From NCBI GenBank assembly GCA_963817465.1, contig CAWFOP010000007.1:302856-366855 (forward strand): a DNA stretch of 64,000 nt, given 5' to 3'. The first letter of the stretch is position 1. Every line of letters starts with the position of its first letter. The notes under the pieces are model-generated. The model was given only the letters and a program-made list of their open reading frames with translations. It was not told the DNA's origin and ran no database searches. Shown here in pieces: positions 7,727 through 16,742 of this stretch. Position numbers and translations under genes: made by a program. This DNA is from an uncultured Acidobacteriota bacterium (lineage in GTDB: Bacteria > Acidobacteriota > Terriglobia > Bryobacterales > UBA6623).

Positions 7727-9517
7727 TTAGCGGACTGCCGCTGTAGGCGTACCGATCTGTTCGCCGATGATCTCGCCTGAAACCACCAGCTCCACGCGAC
7801 GATTCTCCTGCCGGCCCGCGGAAGTTTCGTTGGAGGCCGTCGGCTGACTTTCTCCAAAACCTCGGGTCGTAACGGAGTCGGGCGCTATCCCTTGCGCCAT
7901 CAGGTAATCGCGAACGGCTTCGCCCCGCTTCTCCGAGAGCGTCTGGTTGTACTCGTCGCTGCCGACGTTATCGGTATGGCCTTCGACTTCCAGCTTCAGG
8001 CCCGGATGGCCCGAGATGACTCCGGCCACCTTCGCCAGCTTCTCCCGCGCCGCCGGCCGCAAGGCATACTTGGCCGTGTCGAAGAGGACGTCCGACATGT
8101 TGACGATCAAGCCGCGCGCGGAATCGCGGGTCGCAAGAATCGAGTTGAACTGCTGCAGGAGTTGCGCTCGCAGTTCCGCCCTTTCGGCTTCCGCCGCCGC
8201 CTTCTCTTGGGCCGCACGATCCAACTCGGCTTGTGCGGCGGCACGCTGCTCATCCATCGCTTGCTGCAGGCGCGCGGCCTCGGCCCGATTTGCGGCGGCA
8301 AGCGCCTCGTTCTCTTCCTTCAGACGCCGGGCTTCTTCTTGGGCCGCGGTGCGCTGGGCTTCGTTCTGTTGCGTCAAGCGGTCCGCTTCGGCTCTGGCCG
8401 CCGCCGCCTGGGCTTCGTTCTGCTGCGTCAAGCGGGCAGCTTCGGCTCTGGCCGCCGCCGCCTGAGTCTCATTCTGCTGCGCCAAGCGGTTCGCCTCGGC
8501 CTGTGCCGCAGCCGCCTGGGCGTCGCTTTCGCGGCGCATGCGGTCGGCGTTTTCTTGGGCGGCGAGTCTGGCCGCTTCGGCCTCGCGTGTGACGCGGTCG
8601 GTCTCGGACTGTGCGGCTGCGCGTTCTTCCCTTGCCTGCGCTTCGCGATCCGCCGCAGCTTGGCGCTCATTCGCCAGGCTTTCCTCTTCCTGACGCTGCA
8701 CGGCGATGGCGCGGGCGTCCTCCGCCGTTTGCACGGCTTGGCGCGCGGTCATCGTCACCGGTTTCTTGCCGGCATTGCGCTCTTGATACGCCTCGGCTTG
8801 TTCCAAGCTTTTCTGAGCCTTCGCAAAGGTATCGGAAGCGTAGCGGTCGGCGCCCATGCCCTTGGCGATCTGAACCGCGTTACGCGCCTCGTAGAGCTCG
8901 AGCGGGACCTTGCGATCGAGCTTGAGCGCCAATGGGTTCGCCAGCATCTGGTACTCGCCTCTCTTGAGCAGCTCGTACTTGGCGTCGATCTCTTCGATCT
9001 TGCCCTTCGTGTCCTCGCGCACCACGTTTTCCATCACGACGAGGTCGCTCGGCCGTGACACGGAGAAATAGGGTTCCGCGGTCACCACCAAGCCGAAAAC
9101 CTGCATTTCGGTCGTCACGTTCAGCTTGCTCTTGGTTCCGTTCAGCAGGATCTCGCCCAAGTTGGCCGTACGGCCTTCGGGGCTGATGGCCCAGAGCACG
9201 TAGGTGAGGTATTCGGCGCCGTTCTTGTTCGCCGGGGTGAGGTCGTCGAACTCGACCTCGATCTCGATGTAGCCCTGCTTGCTTTCGACTTTAGCCTCGC
9301 CGCGGGCCTTGGGCATCAGCGAAGTGCCGGCGAAATCGATCTTCGTCGCGCCGCTGCGGTGCCGGTAGTTGATCGCCTTCGCGGTTCGCGCGATTCCGGT
9401 CGCCCGGAATATGGGCATCGTCTCCGCCTGCAGAACCGCATCGGCATCCGCCGGCGTCTGAGCGGACAAGAACCCAACGGCGGCTAAGAATACACCCATC
9501 ATCATCGTCTTTTTCAT
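7727..9517 (-). CDS. OmpA-family peptidoglycan-associated protein with long Ala/Gln/Glu-rich coiled-coil
   Basis: Signal peptide MKKTMMMGVFLAAVGFLSAQ. C-terminal OmpA_C domain (LFDTAKYALRP..LEVEGHTDNVGSDEYNQTLSEKRGEAVRDYL..NRRVELVV). Confidence 0.85.
   Translation of the reverse strand: MKKTMMMGVFLAAVGFLSAQTPADADAVLQAETMPIFRATGIARTAKAINYRHRSGATKIDFAGTSLMPKARGEAKVESKQGYIEIEVEFDDLTPANKNGAEYLTYVLWAISPEGRTANLGEILLNGTKSKLNVTTEMQVFGLVVTAEPYFSVSRPSDLVVMENVVREDTKGKIEEIDAKYELLKRGEYQMLANPLALKLDRKVPLELYEARNAVQIAKGMGADRYASDTFAKAQKSLEQAEAYQERNAGKKPVTMTARQAVQTAEDARAIAVQRQEEESLANERQAAADREAQAREERAAAQSETDRVTREAEAARLAAQENADRMRRESDAQAAAAQAEANRLAQQNETQAAAARAEAARLTQQNEAQAAAARAEADRLTQQNEAQRTAAQEEARRLKEENEALAAANRAEAARLQQAMDEQRAAAQAELDRAAQEKAAAEAERAELRAQLLQQFNSILATRDSARGLIVNMSDVLFDTAKYALRPAAREKLAKVAGVISGHPGLKLEVEGHTDNVGSDEYNQTLSEKRGEAVRDYLMAQGIAPDSVTTRGFGESQPTASNETSAGRQENRRVELVVSGEIIGEQIGTPTAAVR
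8354..8515. repeat. 3 x 54-nt (18-aa) tandem repeat inside the OmpA coiled-coil
   Basis: Units start at 8354, 8408 and 8462 (ctgggcttcgttctg.tgcgtcaagcgg...gcttcggctctggccgccgccgc). They encode AAAARAEA(A/D)RLTQQNEAQ. Confidence 0.8.
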
Positions 9518-9562
9518 GTTTTTGTCTCTATTCCTGATTTCATCCGACCCTGAGGCAGCGGC

Positions 9563-10519
9563 CTAAAGTTTGCCAACGAGCGTTTCCGCTCCAACGCCCA
9601 GTTTCTCGGCGGTCTCCCGATCCAGCCGTCCGGTGACCGGCAGCCCTTCCGCCTTCTGGTAAGAGCGAATGCCTGCTCGTGTGCGAGCGCCCATGACGCC
9701 GTCGGCCGGTCCGACGTCGAAGCCTTTCTCGTTCAGGGCGTCCTGGACTTGCCTGACATCGTCGGGGCGCATCGAGGTCCGGCTCACTTTCGCGTGCGAC
9801 GGGCTGGCCTTCTTCGCGTCCCGGCGGTCGGCCGCCGACATCATGCCTTGGCCTTCGCGCGCCGAGTGTTTGTTGAGCAGAGCCAGCAGCTCGCCGGCCG
9901 CCTGCGGCGGCCGCACGTCCGTCGTGACGATCTCGCGATTCTCGAGTCGCTTGCCGTAGAGCGTCTCGTTGTCGTCGAGGTCCTGCCGCAAGGTGGCGCC
10001 CGCGAGCGCAACGCCGGCAAAGAGCCCTTGAGACCGCGACCAAGACAGGATGTCCGCCTTCATCTGCGCGTCGGTCTGAGCGGTCGCCGTGCGTCCCACC
10101 GGGCCCGCGGCGACGGATCCTTCCGCGCCTAGCGTGAACTTGCTGGAAAGCAGCTTGTCCGCTCCGCGCTCACTCATCACGAGCATGATCAAGTCCGTCG
10201 ACGATCCGCCGATCTGGAAGCCGACGCTGCCGCCCTCGATCCGCACAGTCCCGGGCGCCGACCAACCGGTTTCATTCGCTTTCCGGCAAGACAGGTAGCC
10301 TTTGCCGTACTTGCCTCCGAAAACGAAGGCCGCGGTCTTGAGTCCCGGCACGATCACGATGCAATGCGCCTTGGTGAGCAGATCTTGCGGGATGCTGGTG
10401 TCCGTGGCCGCCATGATTTCGGAAAACACCGCGGCGGCTTCTCCCAACCGTTCCGCAGGTTCCTTGTCCTGCGCCAGCAACGGTGAAAGCGCCAACAACG
10501 CAATTAGTAGCAGTCTCAT
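9563..10519 (-). CDS. secreted SYLF (Ysc84/DUF500) lipid-binding domain protein with C-terminal peptidoglycan-binding domain
   Basis: True start taken as MRLLLIALLALSPLLA (ATG 10519, GAGG upstream). SYLF core: IVIVPGLKTAAFVFGGKYGKGYLSCR..GGSVGFQIGGSSTDLIMLVM..FTLGAEGSVAAGPVGR. PG_binding_1-like tail: VRQVQDALNEKGFDVGPADGVMGARTRAGIRSYQKAEGLPVTGRLD. Confidence 0.75.
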   Translation of the reverse strand: MRLLLIALLALSPLLAQDKEPAERLGEAAAVFSEIMAATDTSIPQDLLTKAHCIVIVPGLKTAAFVFGGKYGKGYLSCRKANETGWSAPGTVRIEGGSVGFQIGGSSTDLIMLVMSERGADKLLSSKFTLGAEGSVAAGPVGRTATAQTDAQMKADILSWSRSQGLFAGVALAGATLRQDLDDNETLYGKRLENREIVTTDVRPPQAAGELLALLNKHSAREGQGMMSAADRRDAKKASPSHAKVSRTSMRPDDVRQVQDALNEKGFDVGPADGVMGARTRAGIRSYQKAEGLPVTGRLDRETAEKLGVGAETLVGKL

Positions 10520-10581
10520 TCGTTTACCTCTGTCGAGTCGCTCCGGTGCGCCGCTAAGGCCATCGGTGACGCTCGTAGCGG

Positions 10582-10597
10582 TGCACGCACTGCGCCA
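10582..10597 (-). promoter_or_regulatory. candidate sigma54 -24/-12 promoter P1 (TGGCGCAGTGCGTGCA)
   Basis: The minus strand reads TGGCGC-AGTGC-GTGCA (GG-N10-GC), about 60 nt upstream of the SYLF start. A weaker alternative, TGGCCTTAGCGGCGCA, lies at 10562-10547. Confidence 0.45.
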
Positions 10598-10825
10598 TTC
10601 GCAGGGGGACGACAACCCCGCGGTCCTACTGACTTGGTTGCTGCAGGCTCGCGGCGCCGGGCGGCGGATGCGGCAAGAAGAGCCAGGAACGAGGGGGTGA
10701 TTGGACTTACACCGGTTCTTGCGCCGGCGATCGGCCGTCAAGTTCCGGGGCGTATGGTCGCAACAGCGCGGCCATTTACGTGGCGTTCCAAGGACACGAC
10801 GCCGTTGAAACCGACGCCGTGAACG

Positions 10826-10859
10826 TAACCTCAGGCCGTCAACTGACCGCGTATGGTCA
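10826..10859. promoter_or_regulatory. tandem dyad pair D1: TAACC-TCAGGC-CGTCA / TGACC-GCGTAT-GGTCA
   Basis: Perfect dyad at 10844-10859, overlapping the EBP stop codon. A 9/10 copy lies at 10826-10841, offset by exactly 18 bp. Confidence 0.55.
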
Positions 10860-12986
10860 GAAGTCCTTACGCGAGATCTGGAGCCTCCGCATCATGGCGT
10901 TCAAGGTCGTCCGCGGCAATCCGAGCCGGTTCGCCGCCCGGCTGACGACTCCGCCGGTCTCCCTGAGCACGTGCAGAATGTGGTCCCGGTCCACCTGCTC
11001 CAGCGTACTATCGTGAGCGGATTCGAAGGATTCCGTGCGCAACTCGGCTAACGGAGCCCTAAGCTCGGCGCCCGTTGAAAGGATGACCGACCGCTCGATG
11101 AAGTTCTCCAGTTCGCGGACGTTCCCGGGCCAAGAGTACTGCACGAGAGCGGACATGGTCTCGGGCGAGATCGTGCGAACGTTCCGCCTTAGTTGCCCGG
11201 CGTATTTCTCTACGAAGTGGCGGGAGAGGATGGGAATGTCTTCGGCGCGGTCCCGGAGAGAGGGCATCGTGATCGGAAACACCTTCAAGCGGTAATAGAG
11301 ATCGCTTCGGAAGAGTTTGTCCCCCATCATCTGCTGCAAATTTCGGTTCGTCGCCGCCAGGAGCCTGACGTCGATCGGGATCGTGCGCGTGCCGCCGAGT
11401 CTTTCGAACTCCTTTTCCTGCAGGGCGCGCAGGAGCTTGGGCTGCAGGTCGAGCGGAATATCCCCGACCTCATCGAGTAACAGCGTTCCGCGGTGCGCCA
11501 GCTCAAAGCGGCCGATCTTGCGCGACAAAGCGCCGGTGAAGGCGCCGCGTTCGTAACCGAACAGCTCGCTTTCGAGCAGGCCGGTCGGGATCGCAGCGCA
11601 GTTCAATGTGATGAAGGGATGCTCACTGCGACCGCCTAGGTGGTGAATCGCGCGCGCCACCAGCTCCTTGCCCGTCCCGGTTTCACCCAGAATCAGCACC
11701 GTCGCCTCAGTCGGCGCAACGATCTCCACCTGCTGGAGAACGCGTTGCAAGGCGACCCCGCGCCCCACGATCCTTTCAAACGGAGCGCTGACAGGGAGAT
11801 CGTCTTGGACGCTCTCCTCTTTGCGCGGCTTGACGTCCTGCACAAACGCGGTCCACCGGAATGGGGCAAGGCTAAGAACGGCGCGGGTTTCGAGCACCCG
11901 GATGCGGGAGCCATCCTTGCAAACGTATTCCTTTTCGAAGGGCGTGCACGCGCCGTGGATCAAGGCCTCCTCGTGCGCCCGTTCGTCGAGCAGCGCGTGC
12001 TCGGGCGGAGTAAGATCCGGCCAATAAGGGGAGCCTGTAAGCAACTCTTCTTGGCTGTAACCCACCATCTCCAGGAATCCGTCGCTGGCGCTGGTTATGC
12101 GGTCAAATTCGCCTGCGACGACCCCGGTCTTGGGGTACCTAGGCCGGTCTCCGCCCTCGCCCCTTTCGCCGTTCTTTGCCTTCTGATCCGCTTCGTGGCG
12201 ATCGGTAAAGTCGCGCACGATGCTCGCATAACCTTGCAGTTGCTCGCGGTCGTCTTTGAGAGCGACCGTGAGCACGTTCGCCCAGAAGAGCGAGCCGTCC
12301 TTTTTGCGGCGCCAGCCCTGCGCTCCGAAGCGGCCCCTGGCGGCGGCTTCGGTCAACTCGACTTGAGGTTCCCCACATTGAGCGTCCTTCGCCGAATACA
12401 GCAGGGACAAATACCGCCCGACGGCTTCTTGCCGCTGGTGGCCGAAAAGCCGCTCGGCTCCCGAGTACCACGCGGCCACCCGTCCATCCGGGTCCAGCAG
12501 CAGCAGCGCGATGTCCTTTGCCCACACCGGTACGCCTTTCGACGCGCCGTTCGTTCGTGCAAGCCTTCCCAAGATCTTTTGGTCTGTCCCGTCCCGGAGG
12601 ACCAACAAATGCCGTTGGGGCAAAACGCTGGAACAGGCCGCGAAAAGAGCTTCTCGTGCGGCGCCATCGGGAAACAGCAGCGGAAGGGCGCCCTCTTGGC
12701 GCCCTTGCGTCAAAAGATCCCGCCAGAGGCCATCCACGCGCGGCAGGAAACTCGGGTCGACAAAGTCGTCAATCTTGCGTCTGAGAAGCTGATCTCTCGA
12801 GGATCCCAGCAGCTGGCCTGCGCCGAAGCTAGCTTCCAGGCATTCGCGGGAGTCGCCTGCGATCAAGACCGGTACGGAGGAGTGGTAGAGTACGGCCCGG
12901 AGCAAGAGCTCAAGCTGTTCGGAACCCTTTTCGGCCAACCAATCGCTGCTTCCCTGCCGCGTTGCGGCGGGCTTCACCATGTACAC
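10857..12986 (-). CDS. sigma54-dependent transcriptional activator (PAS-PAS-AAA+-Fis HTH enhancer-binding protein)
   Basis: Walker A GETGTGKE. GAFTGA loop (ERGAFTGA). C-terminal HTH AANRLGLPRTTLNAMMRRLQI. There are two PAS-like blocks (..AAWYSGAERLFGHQRQEAVGRYL.. and ..GFLEMVGYSQEELLTG..). Confidence 0.9.
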   Translation of the reverse strand: MYMVKPAATRQGSSDWLAEKGSEQLELLLRAVLYHSSVPVLIAGDSRECLEASFGAGQLLGSSRDQLLRRKIDDFVDPSFLPRVDGLWRDLLTQGRQEGALPLLFPDGAAREALFAACSSVLPQRHLLVLRDGTDQKILGRLARTNGASKGVPVWAKDIALLLLDPDGRVAAWYSGAERLFGHQRQEAVGRYLSLLYSAKDAQCGEPQVELTEAAARGRFGAQGWRRKKDGSLFWANVLTVALKDDREQLQGYASIVRDFTDRHEADQKAKNGERGEGGDRPRYPKTGVVAGEFDRITSASDGFLEMVGYSQEELLTGSPYWPDLTPPEHALLDERAHEEALIHGACTPFEKEYVCKDGSRIRVLETRAVLSLAPFRWTAFVQDVKPRKEESVQDDLPVSAPFERIVGRGVALQRVLQQVEIVAPTEATVLILGETGTGKELVARAIHHLGGRSEHPFITLNCAAIPTGLLESELFGYERGAFTGALSRKIGRFELAHRGTLLLDEVGDIPLDLQPKLLRALQEKEFERLGGTRTIPIDVRLLAATNRNLQQMMGDKLFRSDLYYRLKVFPITMPSLRDRAEDIPILSRHFVEKYAGQLRRNVRTISPETMSALVQYSWPGNVRELENFIERSVILSTGAELRAPLAELRTESFESAHDSTLEQVDRDHILHVLRETGGVVSRAANRLGLPRTTLNAMMRRLQISRKDF

Positions 12987-13107
12987 TCCCAGCGTCGTCG
13001 AGCACGCGGGCTACCCGGCCGCAGAATATCGTCGCGCGACGAAAGCTTTACTGAATCGTTAAGGGGACTTTAGAGCGGCCGTCCCGCGCTAAGCGTACCA
13101 CTTCGGT

Positions 13108-13141
13108 TGACCATGGGGCGTCAATCGACTTCGCGCGGTCA
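13108..13141. promoter_or_regulatory. tandem dyad pair D2: TGACC-ATGGGG-CGTCA / CGACT-TCGCGC-GGTCA
   Basis: Perfect dyad at 13108-13123. An 8/10 copy at 13126-13141 is offset by 18 bp. The pair lies in the divergent region between the EBP gene and the small membrane protein gene. Confidence 0.55.
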
Positions 13142-13265
13142 CATTCGCCGCGGCTCGAGACGCCGTCTCTCAGGCTCACAGACCCAACCCTTACGGTCAC
13201 GATACCGCGCGAACTCAATACGTTACATGCCGCGGCGCATGCTGACCGGCCCGGGCCGCGAGGAT

Positions 13266-13281
13266 TGGTCGGCTGCGTGCC
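13266..13281 (+). promoter_or_regulatory. candidate sigma54 -24/-12 promoter P2 (TGGTCGGCTGCGTGCC)
   Basis: GG-N10-GC with GTGC at -12, 30 nt upstream of ATG 13311. GAGGAG lies between the promoter and the start. Confidence 0.45.
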
Positions 13282-13310
13282 TTCCCTTAGGCCTCGAGGA
13301 GAACAAGAGT

Positions 13311-13502
13311 ATGCCTTTGATCAATTTGGTCATTGCCCTGATCGTGGTCGGCGTCCTGCTGTATTTGGTCAACCGGTACATCCCGATGGCCTCCAGCATC
13401 AAAACAATTTTGAACGTGGTCGTCGTGGTCGCGGTTTGCGTTTGGGTCTTGCAGGCGACCGGAATCTGGGGCGGGCTGGCCGACTACCGGGTCGGCCCTT
13501 AA
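13311..13502 (+). CDS. 63-aa two-TM membrane protein (Thivi_2564-like family)
   Basis: MPLINLVIALIVVGVLLYLVNRYIPMASSIKTILNVVVVVAVCVWVLQATGIWGGLADYRVGP. The internal ATG of track ORF 13107..13502 has GAGGAG upstream. The family name is recalled from memory. Confidence 0.65.
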   Translation: MPLINLVIALIVVGVLLYLVNRYIPMASSIKTILNVVVVVAVCVWVLQATGIWGGLADYRVGP

Positions 13503-13564
13503 CAGGCTCAACGGACGGGGCGGCGGACAACGCGGCGCGAGTGAAATCCAGCTAGGAGATCGAC

Positions 13565-15514
13565 ATGATTAGCGACAGACAGTTAAGTGGCTCAGCAAGC
13601 GGCGCCGGGCGGTTCGCCGCGGTGGCCGCCGCAATTCTCCTGGCGCTATGCCTTGCGCCTCAGCTCGGCGCGCAAGGCGGGTTCAACGGCCCGGGCCGCT
13701 ACGAGATCTCCAATTTGAAATCCGGCAAGGTGCTCGAGTTGGACCGGAAGGATCAGATCGGCGTGATTCAGTTCTCTTCGCGGGGAACCGACAGCCAAGC
13801 CTGGGATATTCGCGCCGCGGGCGGAGGCTTCTATTCGTTGCAGAACGTGACGAACGGCAACGCTCTCGGAGCCGCGGGGACCGAAAACAGCACGCCGGTC
13901 CAGGTCACTCGCTTTGACGGCGGAATCGCGCAGCAGTGGCGCTTCGACGCGGGCAAGGATGGCAACGCGCTCATCGTCTCCCGCCTGGGCAAGACACTGG
14001 ACATCGCGGGAGCGGCGACGTCGGACGGAGCCCGCGTTCAGACCTATGAGGGCAACGGCGACTCGAACCAGCGGTTCAGCTTTCGGCTGGTGTCGGGAAT
14101 CCGCCCCGGCGGTTCGAATGGCAATGCCGCCGGCAACGTCGTGACGATCTACCCGGCCGCCGAGCGCGCCAACCCGGCGGTCGGCAACCGCACGGAATTG
14201 AAGCCGGGCTGGAACATGTTCTCGCCTCAACAGGACGTCGAAATGGGACAGCAGGCGTCCGCGGAAGTTGCGGGACAAGTGCTGCTGCTCAACGACTCGC
14301 GGGTGGACAACTACCTCAACAGCCTGGGCCAACGCCTGGCGGCGAATGCTCCCGGCGCCAAGTACCCCTATACCTTCAAGACCGTCAACGACAAGGGCAT
14401 CAACGCTTTTGCGCTTCCCGGCGGGTTCGTCTACGTCAACCGCGGCGTGATTGAAACGGCCGACAACGAAGCGCAACTTGCCAGCGTGATGGCGCACGAA
14501 ATTTCGCACGTGGCGCTGCGCCATGGCACCAACCAAGCCAGCAAGGCTTCGGTCGCGCAGATGCCGTTGGCGATCCTGGGCGGCCTGCTGGGCGGCGACT
14601 CCACCGCAGCCGCTCTGGCGCAGCTTGGCGCCGGCTTCACGGTGAACTCCATCCTGCTCAAGTACTCACGCGACGCGGAAAGCCAGGCCGACCTCATGGG
14701 CACGCAAATCCTTTTTGATTCCGGCCTCGATCCGCGAGCGATGGGACAGTTTTTCGGGAAGCTCCAGGGCGAAAACGGCATCGCGTTCTTCAACTCCCAT
14801 CCCAATCCGGACAGCCGTATCGAGCGCGTCAACGAGGAGGCGGCCGGCCTCGGCGTTTCGCAGAACAATTCGAGGAACGCTTCCCAGGAGTTCGATCAGA
14901 TCAAGCGCTACGTTCAGTCTCTGCCTGCGCCGCGGCCCAACCAACTCCAATCGCAGCAACAACCGAACGCATCCAGCAGCCCGAACGCAACGTCGGATCG
15001 CTTCGTGACCTTCGAAAACAGAGTACTGCGAATGAGCTACCCGGACAACTGGAAGACCTATGGGCAGGGCGACGCCGTGACCATATCGCCGCCGGGGGGA
15101 ATGGTGAGCGACGGTAACGGCAATCAAGCCATGGCTTACGGCGTCCTGGTGAACGTGTACGCGCCGCATTCGGGCAACTACGGTCGCCAGTTACAGGGGC
15201 CCGGCTACGGACAGGGCTCCGGGCCAACGTTGGAAGATGCGACGGACCAGTTGGTCCAGGATCTGCGCCAGTCCAATCAGAACCTGCGCGTGGTTCGCAG
15301 CCACGAGCCTATCGACGTGGGCGGGCAGAACGGGCTATCCACCTACTTGTCCAACGATTCCCCTATCGCCGGCGCACGCGAGACCAACTGGCTGGTGACC
15401 GTGCCGCAGCTTGACGGGGTGTTGTTCTTCGTTTTCACCGCCCCGGAGCGTGAGTTCCAAGGTTATGAAAGCGCGTTCCAGCGCATGCTCTATTCCGCCC
15501 GAGTGAGCCGCTGA
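13565..15514 (+). CDS. secreted ricin-type beta-trefoil lectin / M48 zinc metalloprotease fusion
   Basis: Signal peptide, then QxW-like lectin repeats (SQAWDIR, QQWRF, NQRFSF), then AFALPGGFVYVNRG..MAHEISHVALRHG (HExxH of M48). Confidence 0.85.
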   Translation: MISDRQLSGSASGAGRFAAVAAAILLALCLAPQLGAQGGFNGPGRYEISNLKSGKVLELDRKDQIGVIQFSSRGTDSQAWDIRAAGGGFYSLQNVTNGNALGAAGTENSTPVQVTRFDGGIAQQWRFDAGKDGNALIVSRLGKTLDIAGAATSDGARVQTYEGNGDSNQRFSFRLVSGIRPGGSNGNAAGNVVTIYPAAERANPAVGNRTELKPGWNMFSPQQDVEMGQQASAEVAGQVLLLNDSRVDNYLNSLGQRLAANAPGAKYPYTFKTVNDKGINAFALPGGFVYVNRGVIETADNEAQLASVMAHEISHVALRHGTNQASKASVAQMPLAILGGLLGGDSTAAALAQLGAGFTVNSILLKYSRDAESQADLMGTQILFDSGLDPRAMGQFFGKLQGENGIAFFNSHPNPDSRIERVNEEAAGLGVSQNNSRNASQEFDQIKRYVQSLPAPRPNQLQSQQQPNASSSPNATSDRFVTFENRVLRMSYPDNWKTYGQGDAVTISPPGGMVSDGNGNQAMAYGVLVNVYAPHSGNYGRQLQGPGYGQGSGPTLEDATDQLVQDLRQSNQNLRVVRSHEPIDVGGQNGLSTYLSNDSPIAGARETNWLVTVPQLDGVLFFVFTAPEREFQGYESAFQRMLYSARVSR

Positions 15515-15562
15515 GGCGGTCCGTCGATCGCAAGAAACGTTCTAACAGAGAGGTAACTTCAT

Positions 15563-15715
15563 ATGTTGTGGACAATCGTATTAATCCTATTCGTTTTGTG
15601 GGTTCTAGGCTTGGTCACTTCTTACACGATGGGCGGATTCCTACACATTCTGCTTGTGCTGGCGCTCGTCATCTTCATCATCAACTTACTGCAAGGCCGC
15701 AGGACAATCGTCTAG
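15563..15715 (+). CDS. 50-aa membrane protein (lmo0937-like family); below the ORF-track cutoff
   Basis: MLWTIVLILFVLWVLGLVTSYTMGGFLHILLVLALVIFIINLLQGRRTIV. GAGAGG lies 8 nt upstream. The segment has locally lower GC. Confidence 0.6.
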   Translation: MLWTIVLILFVLWVLGLVTSYTMGGFLHILLVLALVIFIINLLQGRRTIV

Positions 15716-15943
15716 TCGTACGGTTACAGATATGAAATCACAGCATGAGCTCGCCCGCGAGGCGAAAGCCCGGAGCTGATCGGCATCGCTCCCATGCGGT
15801 TCGCCGCAGCCTTCGCCGGCATTACAAACCGATCCAGCGGCGACTCCAGAAGTATCTCGAGATTCGTCTCATTTCCACGGCTGCGCCTCGCCGTCGGTCG
15901 GTCGGTTAGTTCTTTTTTTAAGGTTAGAAGAGTGGGAAAACCA

Positions 15944-16507
15944 ATGACGACATCACATCAAATTTCGCCGTGCAAATCCAACGACATGCCGGTCATGACC
16001 CGACAGCAGTACGCCGCCGCCTATAACCACGGTTACCCCAAGACAATTGGATTCATGCTTTCGCGCGGAGCGTCCCGCGACATATCCGAAGACATGGCGC
16101 AGGCGGCGTGGGCAAAAGGTTGGCAATATCGAGGGCAGATCCGCGATCCCTTGAAAGTCGATTCGTGGGTGAATTCGATCGCATTCAATCTTTTCCGGGG
16201 TTCGTTCCGCCAGGCGCCGACCGTAGAGCTGCTCCCCGCCGACCATCCGGCTTCGCCGGGAACGAGCGCCGCTACGATCGACTGTCAGCGGCTCCTCGCG
16301 CAGTGCTCGCCTTCCGAACGAGAGTTGATCGACGGATGCTACGTGGCGGGCTATACCAGCGCGCAGCTCGGCCGCCGCTTGGGCTGTTCGGCTGTTGCAG
16401 TGCGGGTCCGCCTGCTGCGGCTTCGTCGCCGGCTCCAGATAGCCGTGAAGCCAAGGGCCCCCTTTGTGGCTGACGCCGTCGCCGCGCGCCGGGTATCGAG
16501 TGAATGA
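15944..16507 (+). CDS. ECF-type RNA polymerase sigma factor
   Basis: Region 2-like: ISEDMAQAAWAKGWQYRGQIRDPLKVDSWVNSIAFNLFRGSFR. Region 4 HTH: ELIDGCYVAGYTSAQLGRRLGCSAVAVRVRLLRLRRRL. Start taken at ATG 15944. Confidence 0.8.
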   Translation: MTTSHQISPCKSNDMPVMTRQQYAAAYNHGYPKTIGFMLSRGASRDISEDMAQAAWAKGWQYRGQIRDPLKVDSWVNSIAFNLFRGSFRQAPTVELLPADHPASPGTSAATIDCQRLLAQCSPSERELIDGCYVAGYTSAQLGRRLGCSAVAVRVRLLRLRRRLQIAVKPRAPFVADAVAARRVSSE

Positions 16508-16588
16508 GCGTCCGGCAGGGCACTGAGAAGAGAGAGCGGAAGGCGCCGTCGGTTTTTATCGAGCCCTGGCTCGCCTTTCAGAAGAGGC

Positions 16589-16622
16589 TGACCGCAAGAC
16601 GTCAAGTGGCGGTCAGCGGTCA
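16589..16622. promoter_or_regulatory. tandem dyad pair D5: TGACC-GCAAGA-CGTCA / TGGCG-GTCAGC-GGTCA
   Basis: Perfect dyad at 16589-16604. A 9/10 copy at 16607-16622 is offset by 18 bp. Confidence 0.55.
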
Positions 16623-16742
16623 CTTTTTTGGCGCGCTCCCCTCGCCTGTGCAGGGCGGCCAGTTGCGAATGATCGGGCAGGATATTGAAAACAAACGACT
16701 GGGAGCCGGCCACAGCAGGCCTTCCGAGGCCTGCTGTCGTTG

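Noticed and set aside
7892-9058. 388-aa + strand ORF and several Pro/Arg-rich ORFs at 8100-8925
   Set aside because: These are antisense or off-frame readings of the OmpA coiled-coil repeats. Their low-complexity translations mirror the repeat.
11640-13073. 477-aa + strand ORF
   Set aside because: Antisense to the sigma54 activator, whose Walker A, GAFTGA and HTH motifs are unambiguous.
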